Position numbers and translations under genes: made by a program. A DNA stretch of 64,000 bases from Blepharisma stoltei ATCC 30299 (lineage: Eukaryota; Protista; Ciliophora): NCBI GenBank assembly GCA_965603825.1, contig CBFDEM010000048.1:310001-374000 (forward strand). The letters run 5' to 3'. Under the pieces are notes generated by a model. That model saw only the letters and a list, made by a program, of their open reading frames with translations. It was not told the DNA's origin and made no database searches. Below are positions 1-9,971 of this stretch, in pieces. Each line of letters opens with the position of its first letter. Position 1 is the stretch's first letter.

Positions 1-717
1 AGAGGAAGATGGCGTCCAAGCAAAGCTGCAAAATTCCAGATCCAGATGTACCCTATCTATATAATCGGTGCAGTCCTTTTAATTTTAGGCCTGTTTGGTC
101 TCAATTTTTCAATTGGCCAAAGCAGAGCTGACCAAATGGGGATGTCAGCAGCCAACTCATGGATCTGTGCAGGAGCTACCTCAATTGTCGCTCTTAAGCT
201 ACTTACACTATTTAGCAAAGACTTACATACTCATACCATCGCAATTTACCAAGGCTTCATTGCAGGAATGGTCGTTATTTCTAGCTCTGCTTATAATACT
301 ACTCCTTGGCAAGCAGGGATTGTCGGTATCATGACAGGCGTCATCTTTGCCTTTACCTACAAGTTTGTGCTATATCTCCAAATTGACGACCCAATGTCCG
401 TAACTGCTACTTTCTTAGTTCCTGGACTTGTAGGTGGAATTCTGCCTGGATTCATCACTGACGAGGACGGCTGCTTCTGGCAAGGAATTTCAGGCCACAC
501 CTTGTCTACACAAGTAATTGGTGTCATTGTGGTGCTGGGCTGGGCACTTGTGTGGGCTGTGATTTTGTTTACTGTCTTGACCGTTGTAGGAGGAATGAGA
601 TTGAGAGACCACATCCAAAAGTACGGACTGGCAAAGACTCATATAATGCAATCTGGGTTTGTGTATGTCAAAGATGAAGTGATCACAAAAGGAGAAGAAG
701 TAGAAGATATAAGTTAA
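1..717 (+). CDS. Ammonium transporter (Amt)-family protein, 5'-truncated and degenerate
   Basis: Frame open from base 1. RGRW..G.VLLILGLFGLN, GFIAGMVVISS and IDDPMSV..GGILPGF match Amt helices 6-11. Confidence 0.8.
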   Translation, partial: RGRWRPSKAAKFQIQMYPIYIIGAVLLILGLFGLNFSIGQSRADQMGMSAANSWICAGATSIVALKLLTLFSKDLHTHTIAIYQGFIAGMVVISSSAYNTTPWQAGIVGIMTGVIFAFTYKFVLYLQIDDPMSVTATFLVPGLVGGILPGFITDEDGCFWQGISGHTLSTQVIGVIVVLGWALVWAVILFTVLTVVGGMRLRDHIQKYGLAKTHIMQSGFVYVKDEVITKGEEVEDIS

Positions 718-739
718 CTTCAAAGTTATTTAAATTTAA

Positions 740-2407
740 TTAGGTTATGACTGTAGGGCCAGTGACGGAAAGAATGGCATTAATGTCGGAGAACTTGAGA
801 GACCAGTCAATTATGGATCCAAGGGCTTGGTCAGTGGATAAATCCAAATTTACCTTTTCGTATTTTTCGTAATAAACACGAACGGTAGCACCTGAAGAGC
901 CAGTTCCAGAGAGACGGTAGATTACACGCCATTCTGGAGTTATGAATCTTAGTCCTTGGTTTTTAGTCACAGAATGGTCAACTGGGTCTGTATATTCATA
1001 GCTGTCAGCTTGTCCTTGGAACTCAGAAAACTTGTTTTTAAGTGTCTCCATTAGCTGGTTGGCGGCATTTGAGTCTACGTTTTCGTAGTCATATCTCATA
1101 TAATAATTTCTCCCATACTCTTGCCAGTGGCTTCTCACAATTTCTTCAACCCCTACCAAGTGGTCAGAGTTTTTGTTTTTATAGGCAATAACGCTGAGCC
1201 ATGCTAAAACTGCCCAGACGCCGTCTTTTTCTCTGATGTGGTCACTTCCAGTACCAAAGCTTTCTTCTCCACAAATGCTCAGTCTTCCAGCGTCCATCAA
1301 ATTCCCAAAGAACTTCCACCCAGTTGGGACTTCATAAACCTGTATCCCTAGCTTTTGTCCTACGAAGTCAATCGCAGTGCTTGTAGGCATGCTTCTAGCT
1401 ACTCCTTTAAGACCTCCTGCAAAATATGGTATCGCTGCTGAATTAGCAGCAAGCACAGCTACAGAATCTGAAGGGGTCACGAAAAATTGTTTGCCTAAAA
1501 TCATATTCCTATCAGCATCTCCATCATTTGCAGCTCCAAAATCAGGATAATCTCCATGCTGCACTTCAGCTCCAATTCCCATTGCATGAACTAAATCATG
1601 AGCATAAACTAAATTAGGGTCTGGGTGTCCGCCTCCAAAATCTTCAAGAGGCTCTGAATTTTTGATTTGCTCCAATGGAACTCCTAAAATCCTATGGAAA
1701 ATATGTCTCGCATATGGTCCTGAAACCCCGCTTAAGCAGTCATAATGAATTTTGAAGTCAGGTCTTGACACTAAAGCTCTTAAGTCGTCAAAATTAAAAA
1801 TGCTTTGCATTTTTGCTACATAGTCTTCAGTTGAGTCAATCACTTCTACAACAAAAGGCCTCCCGTCAACTTGAAATTCAGTTCTTCCAAGGCTTGAGAT
1901 ATCAACATCAGGGATATCTGCAATTGAATATTCAGAGATCGAGATGGTATGCTCATAAATCCTATTTGTCCAGTCTTCAGGAGCTGGGCCTCCATTTCCA
2001 ATGTTGTATTTGATACCGAAATCAGCATTTGGCCCACCTGGGTTGTGGCTTGCAGTGAGAATGAGGCCTCCTAAGGCAATCCCTCCTTCTCTTTCTCTTA
2101 TTATTACAGAAACTGCTGGAGTTGATAAAATTCCGTTCTGTCCAACCCAAACTCGTCCTACACGATTGCCTGCAGCGACTTTGAGGATAGTCTGGATTGC
2201 AGTCTTGTTATAATATCTGCCATCACCTGAGACCACAATTGTGCTGCCTTCAAGAACTTCTCGCTCCTTGACGGTGTTAAAACAGCTCTGAGTGAAATTC
2301 TCTATGTAATGAGGCTGGAGAACTTCTGTGACCTTTTTGCGGACACCAGATGTTCCTGGTTTTTGGCCTTGGATAGGAGTTGTATGGACTGCCTGAATGG
2401 TAGACAT
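740..2407 (-). CDS. PGM: Phosphoglucomutase (parafusin-like)
   Basis: GQKPGTSG, TASHNPGG phosphoserine loop, DGDADR metal loop, CGEESFG. Confidence 0.97.
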   Translation of the reverse strand: MSTIQAVHTTPIQGQKPGTSGVRKKVTEVLQPHYIENFTQSCFNTVKEREVLEGSTIVVSGDGRYYNKTAIQTILKVAAGNRVGRVWVGQNGILSTPAVSVIIREREGGIALGGLILTASHNPGGPNADFGIKYNIGNGGPAPEDWTNRIYEHTISISEYSIADIPDVDISSLGRTEFQVDGRPFVVEVIDSTEDYVAKMQSIFNFDDLRALVSRPDFKIHYDCLSGVSGPYARHIFHRILGVPLEQIKNSEPLEDFGGGHPDPNLVYAHDLVHAMGIGAEVQHGDYPDFGAANDGDADRNMILGKQFFVTPSDSVAVLAANSAAIPYFAGGLKGVARSMPTSTAIDFVGQKLGIQVYEVPTGWKFFGNLMDAGRLSICGEESFGTGSDHIREKDGVWAVLAWLSVIAYKNKNSDHLVGVEEIVRSHWQEYGRNYYMRYDYENVDSNAANQLMETLKNKFSEFQGQADSYEYTDPVDHSVTKNQGLRFITPEWRVIYRLSGTGSSGATVRVYYEKYEKVNLDLSTDQALGSIIDWSLKFSDINAILSVTGPTVIT

Positions 2408-2675
2408 TTATATTTCTGATGTGAATAATGGATGATTTTAATGAATAGAGAATTTTCTATTATAAATTTTGATTGGAGCTTGAAGAGCAATTTATGATTG
2501 CTTTATACTAGGCCCTTATATATGCTCATTATGCTCAGTAATGATATATTAATAAAAAGCTGGATTCTTTATAATTATCAATAAAATTTCTTATTCAATT
2601 TAACTATATTCATTTATTATTCGTAAATTATATATTTGAATTTCAAAGACTTAAATAAGTTTCTAAAGGCTTAAA

Positions 2676-3650
2676 TTACTTGCCTATGAAAAAGTTCGAT
2701 GGATGCTGTCTCATCCAGCCAAACGACCTCTTGAGCTTATAGAATCTATTGAAGTATTTATACTTGCGATATCCATCTGACACGTTATAAAGCTCAACTC
2801 TCATACTCAGCATTGCAGTTTTTGCGATTTTGAATCTGAAGTAGCAGAATGGGAATGATATAACAATCATCATAAAGAACTTAAGCCAAGCAATTCTATA
2901 CTCTAAGTTATCTTTTGCAGCCATGAAGTGGCAAAATTCAGCGACATCATAAGCCATTTGTGGGGTGGAAGCTGGAGTTCCGTCATCATACTCCATCATG
3001 CCGTCATAAAGAGGTCTTGGCATTCCAATAATCATATGTTTGAAGTAAGGGTTGAAATGTTTCCCTTCAGGCACATCAATTCCAAATGGTGGCTCATAGT
3101 GATAGCCTGTCATGATGTTGTACACATAGGCTGGACCACCTGGCTTGGATATCCCGATTCTGCTCAAATCGCTTGGGAAAAGTCCTCCGTTTGCACTTCT
3201 AGCATGATCTGGGGAGATATAAGGAGAAAACATGTAGTCTGAAATCCTCTTTGGCCTGTCCATCCACTCGTGTCTAAACCAACCCTTGATGTACCAGTGG
3301 CCTGGGTTCACAGGGGCAAGCTCTTTGACAATCTCGCCTAATTCTCCTTGTCTGAAAGCCTTTTTGATGAGGAAATCGTACTTGTTCTGAGTCATTGCGT
3401 GGCAAGTGTTGCAAGAACGAGTAAAGACTTTGAAGCCACGTCGTAGCACTAAGGCACTGTAGGAGCCGAAGTAGCGCTCGTGAGGCCAATGGAATTTGTT
3501 TATCATTGCTTGCTCTTCGTAACCCTTGATACCTTGTCTTTGGCCGATATCATCACGATAGATGAAGCATTCACAACTCTTCTTGTTTTGCCAAAGTAAG
3601 TAAACTCCTGATGCCCATAAGAGTGTGGGTGTTGTGATCAACGATACCAT
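2676..3650 (-). CDS. CYC1: Mitochondrial cytochrome c1
   Basis: RRGFKVF..CNTCH heme motif, ANGGLFPSDLS, FNPYF..IGMP, YDDGTPASTPQMAYDV, C-terminal TM helix. Confidence 0.95.
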   Translation of the reverse strand: MVSLITTPTLLWASGVYLLWQNKKSCECFIYRDDIGQRQGIKGYEEQAMINKFHWPHERYFGSYSALVLRRGFKVFTRSCNTCHAMTQNKYDFLIKKAFRQGELGEIVKELAPVNPGHWYIKGWFRHEWMDRPKRISDYMFSPYISPDHARSANGGLFPSDLSRIGISKPGGPAYVYNIMTGYHYEPPFGIDVPEGKHFNPYFKHMIIGMPRPLYDGMMEYDDGTPASTPQMAYDVAEFCHFMAAKDNLEYRIAWLKFFMMIVISFPFCYFRFKIAKTAMLSMRVELYNVSDGYRKYKYFNRFYKLKRSFGWMRQHPSNFFIGK

Positions 3651-4571
3651 TTTAATGGATTTATAAAAGTTATTTTTGAATTGAGGATGATGAAAGTCCT
3701 TGGGTTTGAAAATAGGGAAATGATTGGGATTGCTTGAAAAATTTGAACGAAAAGGTTGCTAGTTTTTATCCTGCTACTAGGAAGTTCATATCGTTTATAA
3801 TAAAACGAGCTGGTGATTTATTATGAAGAATTACAGAACGTTATTAGCAGGCAAGAAAGTATATATGCTGATAAGATGAATATTCATTTAATGCAAAAGA
3901 AGAAATTTAATTCAACTTCATAAATAGCTGGCCAAGTGATTACTAGAAAAAATAAGAGTAATTCAAGCATGCCCCAGCAAAAATTACTATTGCAGTTTTT
4001 GAAATAACCAAATTACTATTTTGCATGAATTAATAATTTGTCGTAGATTTGAATATTTTAATAAAGCTCATTCATTTAAATAATTGAAAAAGCTATTTAG
4101 TTTTTTTATATATAAGAGCTCTATAAATAATAGCTTAAAAGCAAAGCTACATTGAACTTCAAACAAAATTATTTTAAATTTTTACACTTGAGTAAAATTG
4201 TCTAATGAAAATATTTAAAGAAATATATGGCAGCTCTTAAATACTCAAAAAATATTTTTCAAGTAGGAACACAAAATTTTGCGAGAATTTTTAGTAAATA
4301 TTTTTATTATTTGTTTAACTAAAAATCTAATATAAAGCTTATAGAAGTGCTTTTCTTAAAGCCAAAAGTTTTAATTATTTTTCAATTTTTTTGAGTCATG
4401 AAGATCAATAAATAATGAAAAGATTTAGTTTAGAAAATCATTTAGTTTATTGATTGATTCTCATCTATAAGATAAATTAGAATTATTGTTATTTGAAAAT
4501 TTGAGGTATCTTTTATAGTTAATTATATATTAAAAAATTAAATATCCCCTTAATTTGCAATCTTGAATTTG

Positions 4572-4615
4572 ATTGGCTGATTTGTATCCATATCTAATAT
4601 CAAAGACTATAAATA
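4572..4615 (+). promoter_or_regulatory. Putative inverted CCAAT (ATTGG) and TATA-like (TATAAATA) elements upstream of the H2A gene
   Basis: ATTGG at 4572-4576 and TATAAATA at 4608-4615, about 25-70 nt before the ATG. The AT-rich background weakens this. Confidence 0.35.
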
Positions 4616-4640
4616 GAGTTGGTTTGAAATAAAACTTAAA

Positions 4641-5051
4641 ATGTCAACAGTCGGAAAAGGAAAAGGAAGCAGAGGAAAAGCAGCAAGCGCTAGCAAAACT
4701 TCAAGATCACAAAAGGCAGGACTTCAATTCCCAGTCGGTCGTATCTCAAGATTCATGAAACACGGAAAATACGCTGAAAGAGTCGGTGCAGGTGCTCCAG
4801 TCTATCTTGCAGCAGTCCTTGAATACTTGGCAGCTGAAGTTTTAGAACTTGCAGGAAATGCAGCAAAGGATTACAAGAAAACCAGAATTGTCCCAAGACA
4901 CATTCAACTCGCAATCAGAAATGATGAGGAACTAAATCGCCTCATGTCAAACGCTATTATTGCAAGCGGTGGAGCTGTACCGTTTATTCACCAAGCTTTG
5001 TTACCTGTCGGAGGAGAAAAAGGCAAAGAAGAAGCAACTCAAGATCTCTAA
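4641..5051 (+). CDS. H2A: Histone H2A variant with H2A.X-like TQDL tail
   Basis: [45 protein letters not shown]. Confidence 0.97.
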   Translation: MSTVGKGKGSRGKAASASKTSRSQKAGLQFPVGRISRFMKHGKYAERVGAGAPVYLAAVLEYLAAEVLELAGNAAKDYKKTRIVPRHIQLAIRNDEELNRLMSNAIIASGGAVPFIHQALLPVGGEKGKEEATQDL

Positions 5052-5254
5052 TCATAATTTAATGAATTATTTTTCAATCCTTTGTCTTAAATATAAAGCT
5101 GAAAGATACCTATGATGTTGTGATAAATAGGTAATAAGTGCAGCAGACCTTAGAAAGAAATATTTATTCCTAAGTTATTTATTAATCAGTACCCCCATTA
5201 AAGCAGTCGCATTGACTCAGGCACTTAAAACATATATATCAAAATCCTTATAAT

Positions 5255-6880
5255 ATGTCAGCTAAAAGATACAGCAATCCAAACTTCCATCCTCGAAACG
5301 GTAATCTGCCAAGCCAAAGACAGCAATCTAACTTCAGAGCATCCCCGCCTCGCTCCTCAACCCAATCTTATACCAATCGCACTCCATCATCTTATGGCGG
5401 TAGTGACCCATCTTCTCATCAAACCTCGTCAAGAGGAGGATTCCGTCCACCACCTTCTCAGCCTATCTCAAACCCTTCTTTCAGCTCAGATACCAATCCC
5501 AGTGCTTCTTTGCCTTCTTTTAAAAAAGATTTTTATAAAGAGAGCCCAACGGTATCTCGCCGCTCTGAAGCCGAAATCTCACAATACAGAGAGAAAATCC
5601 AAATCTCAATTTTTGGGAAAGATATCCCAAAACCTATAACATCCTTTGATGAAATCAATCTGCCAAGGGAAATTTTGAGTATCTTTAAAGAAGCTGGGTT
5701 TGCAAATCCGACGCCGATCCAATGCCAAAGTTGGCCTGTAGCTTTGAGTGGCAGAGATTTGATTGGAATCGCCAAAACTGGCTCTGGGAAGACTGTGTCT
5801 TATGCTTTACCTGGGATTATCCATATATTAGGCCAACAATCAATACAGCCTGGCGAAGGCCCAATTGTACTGATTCTTTCCCCTACTCGTGAACTTGCTG
5901 TACAAATATCCCAAGAATGCAGCAGATTAGGGTCTCCTTATCAAATTAATAACATTTGCATATACGGAGGGTCTTCAAGATCATACCAACAAAGAGGATT
6001 AAGAAATTGTCCTCCAATCGCCATTGCAACCCCTGGCCGACTTCTTGATTTTCTTGAAAGCGACGTCACTAATTTAAAGAGAGTGACTTTTCTCGTTATT
6101 GACGAAGCCGACAGGATGCTTGATATGGGATTTGGCCCTCAGATAAGAAAAATAATTTCTCAAATCCGCCCAGACAGACAAACCTTGATGTGGAGCGCTA
6201 CTTGACCCCGAGAAGTCCAAAACCTTGCCAATGAATTCATCTTCAACCCAATCCACATCCAAGTCGGCTCTTTAAACCTTTCTGCTAACCATGATATAAA
6301 GCAAATAATTGAGTTTATAAATGAAGAACAAAAGCTAGCATTGATTCTAACGATTCTTAGAGATATAATGGACCAAAACTGCAAAGTCCTTGTTTTCTGT
6401 GAAACCAAAAAAGGATGCGAAACTTTGGCGACTGATTTAAAGCGCCAAAATTATGAGGCTGAATCAATCCATGGAGATAAAATGCAAAGAGAAAGAGACC
6501 AAGTCTTGAGAGATTTTAGAAATAATAAAATCAGTATTATGGTGGCTACTGATGTGGCGGCAAGAGGCTTGGATATAAAAGAAGTAAATTTTGTGATAAA
6601 TTTTGATTTTCCTAATGCAATTGAAGATTATGTGCATAGGATTGGAAGAACTGCAAGGGCTGGGACGAAAGGGACTGCAATATCATTTTTTACACGCAGA
6701 AATATGAAATCTGCACAAGATTTAATGAGAATCTTAAAAGAATCAAAGCAGGAGATCCCTTCAAAGTTGGCAGAAATAACTAGCAATGATAGAAGAAGGG
6801 ACCGGTCAACAAGCAGAGGTAGACAAAATAGAAATAATTTCAGAAGCAGAAGCCCAAGAAGAGGCTATAATAAAAGATAA
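5255..6880 (+). CDS. DBP2: DEAD-box RNA helicase DBP2/DDX5-like (TGA 6203 = Trp)
   Basis: [22 protein letters not shown]-(TGA)-[15 protein letters not shown]. The frame is continuous through the TGA. Confidence 0.93.
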
Positions 6881-7133
6881 AAATAATTTTCAATCAATTT
6901 CTTTTATGGATGTTATAAATTTATAGTCAAGTTTAATAGCCTATTAGTTTCCAGTTTCTGATAATAAAAACATTTGATATAAACAGATTTTTGATTTTTT
7001 ATTTTATAATATTTACTAAATATAACTAGCATTACTTAAACTTAAATAAAATTATTATCAGAAACCAGCTATTGTTTAAGTATAATTCAATGCCATATTT
7101 AATAATATTAGTAGTTTGCTGGAATTAATAGCA

Positions 7134-8726
7134 ATGATCTTTGAAACGACCTCAAAAAATGCATCAATATTTAGCTTTGAGCGTGCTTATATTGAGCAAA
7201 AGCCAATAAAAAAACATTTTCAGCACGACTTTTTGGTAGCACTTCTTCCAGAAGTCAACCTCAAGGAGGAAGTTTTAATGGCAGACCCATTATCTGATCC
7301 TACTTATTCTGAAATAAATAGAAAAGAAGAATATTGACATTTGCATGAACTTGGGAAACACTATGGTAATCCTGAGCAATATTTGGTGGAAACAGACTGA
7401 ATCAATGAATGAACAGAATATATAAAAGGCAGTAAATGGCCTGGAAAAATTAAAACCAAGAAGTTATTAGATGGTCAAGGCAAAACCAAAAAAGGATTAA
7501 ATCCTAAAGTTGATTACCAAATTTTCAACAGAGCGCAATGGTTGTTTCTTAAAGACCGATATGGCTCGGAAACCCCAGCGCGATATGGAGAACTTTTAGA
7601 AACCAGCCACAGAAGACATGCATCATATGATTTTTCCACAAATGATGGAATATCTGAAAATAGAAAAGCGAATTTAAATAAATCATTTGAAATTATGCCT
7701 GGGAGTTGCAATAAAGATAATAATGAAGCTATGACAACATCTGATATTAAATTACAGACAGAAGAAGAAATTCAGGTTGTTACTTTGATGGATGAGAGCA
7801 TTGAGCCTTCACACCCTGATACTATAGTTTCTACTGGCGAAAATTCGGGTTTGCAGCACACAAATTCTCTTGATTGTAACGCTCCTACCCTTAGAAATGG
7901 GAAAGTTGGCTTAGAAAATCCTGGATTTTTTTGTTATATGAATTCTGCACTTCAATGCTTAATGAGCATTACTCCTTTCCGTGATTTTTTCTATCAGCTT
8001 GAACTTACATCAAATAAACTTGTTTTTACAGAACTTATAAGCGAACTCACAAAATCAATATTTAAGCTAGAAAAAGGAGCTGTAAGACCTTCCCGGCTAT
8101 GAAAGTATGTCAGCCTGTATTTTTCTCCTGGGAAACAGCACGACCTCCCCGAATTCCTCCGATTTGTTATCAACAAATTAGAAAGAGAGCTTTCTGAAAA
8201 TTTCCTCCGCAGGACGATTTTTAATGGGATCACCAGCAGCCACCTTAAATGCAATTCATGCAATTATACTTCAATTACCAGAGAACCCTTTATCGATATT
8301 CAGCTAGAGCTTAGCTCTACTATTACAAAAAGCATTCAAAGCTACACAAAAGCTGAAAAAGTTAGCATTACATGTGAACGGTGCAAATCCAGAGTATTTG
8401 CTACTAAAAAGCTTTCTTTTTCCAAAGCACCGTCTGCTTTGATTATTCAGTTAAAGAGATTCAGATCTCTAGGTGGAGCCCAGAAGTTAGATCAGAATTG
8501 TAAATTTCACAAAAATTTGGATTTAAGCCCTTTTTGTGAAGAAAAAGCTGAGTATAAATTAGTTGGAGTTGGAGTACACCATGGATCGATTTTATCAGGG
8601 CATTATACAGCTTTTTGCAAACGTGGAAACTTTTGGTATGAATTTGATGATGCATCGTGCAATAAAGTAAGCTTAAAAGAAGTTTTAGCGCAAAATGCTT
8701 ATGTCATTATATATAGAAGATGTTAA
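7134..8726 (+). CDS. Ubiquitin-specific protease with N-terminal DUSP domain (TGA at 7335, 7398, 7410, 8100)
   Basis: YLVETD-W-INE-W-TEY..PGKI..DY..W.FL..YG (DUSP), GLENPGFFCYMNS Cys box, QHDLPEF, GHYTAF..WYEFDD His box. The start could instead be 7278. Confidence 0.9.
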
Positions 8727-9433
8727 AATTTAATACAAAATAATATAAGAAAGTTTGTAAATTATCCAACTGGAAAAATTTGATTTTATTTATAAAGATA
8801 AGAGTTTGCAGTATAACTTCCTCATAATTTCCTCCAGAAAAAGCTTATTCATTAATGAAACGTTAAGCAAAGCACTAGTTGAATTGATCTCCACAATTAC
8901 TATTTTACAGGAAATTTCTGTTAAGACAGGCACTCAAAAGTCTAAAAGATTCTGTTACACAAGATTAGGAGCAGTCAAAAGAGATAGAGTGAGAAAAGAA
9001 AGTGTATAAATAGCAGCATTTACAATTTCTTGGAAAGTAGATGGTCACTAAGATTCAGGTAATCCAAAAACACAGCAATTGCGAAACCAAGTTATAAATT
9101 CCAAAATGCAAAATTGCTATCCTGTCCTTGCAACTTTGATTCCCTATGTAACAATAGTATAATAATGATAATTAATTAAGCTTATACCTAATAATAAATA
9201 AAAAGGCATTAAAATCTTTTAATAAACAAACAACTTGCCCCAAATGCTTTTTCGCGTTATGATATTTATATATGAAATCGCGCAGTAAACTATATAAATT
9301 AAAATTAAAATAACGCATATCAATTATTTCAATATTTATTCTTATTATATTCAGATCCTTAACGTCTATTTTCAATTTTCATAAATTTCAAAATTAATTT
9401 TCTTATTTCTGACTGAATTAATATGAGTTTAAG

Positions 9434-9943
9434 TTAAGGGAAAGCCTTCTTCGTCATTATATTGTAGAAATCTTCAGGAGTTACTTGTCCATCCCCATCT
9501 GAATCTGCTCTTTCAATCATTTCTAAAAGCTCTTCATCAGTCATCGTTTCTCCTAGTTCCCTGGCGACTCTCCTTAAGTTCTTAATAGTGATATATCCAG
9601 TTTTATCATCATCAAAAAGTCTAAATACCTTATTGATATCTTCTCTTGTATCTTTATCGCTCATTCTTGCAGTCATCATATCTAAAAACTCATCAAAATC
9701 AATAGAACCAGATCCATCCTTATCCAGATCGCTAATCATTTGATAGATTGTTTGGTTTTTTGCTTCAAAGCCTAAGCTTTGCATTGCAGACTTGAGTTCA
9801 CGAGGATCGATTGTTCCAGATCCATCAGTGTCAAATAGATCAAAGGCTTCTTTAATTTCTTCGATCTCGTCCTCAGTGAGGCCTGGTCTTTCATACTGTT
9901 TTGGATTGAACGTTTTGCCTTTTGGAGCACCTCTTCCAGCCAT
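9434..9943 (-). CDS. CETN: Centrin (caltractin)
   Basis: Four EF-hands; [35 protein letters not shown]. Confidence 0.95.
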   Translation of the reverse strand: MAGRGAPKGKTFNPKQYERPGLTEDEIEEIKEAFDLFDTDGSGTIDPRELKSAMQSLGFEAKNQTIYQMISDLDKDGSGSIDFDEFLDMMTARMSDKDTREDINKVFRLFDDDKTGYITIKNLRRVARELGETMTDEELLEMIERADSDGDGQVTPEDFYNIMTKKAFP

Positions 9944-9971
9944 AATTATTTACTACTTAAGAAGATTTATT

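Noticed and set aside
3651-4640. Long AT-rich spacers (also 18430-19086, 26773-27508, 53622-54386) as retained IESs or MITEs
   Set aside because: No terminal inverted repeats or transposase remnants seen, and no CDS is interrupted.
6203-6205. TGA as selenocysteine or cysteine
   Set aside because: TGA aligns with conserved Trp, not Cys, in many non-redox proteins.
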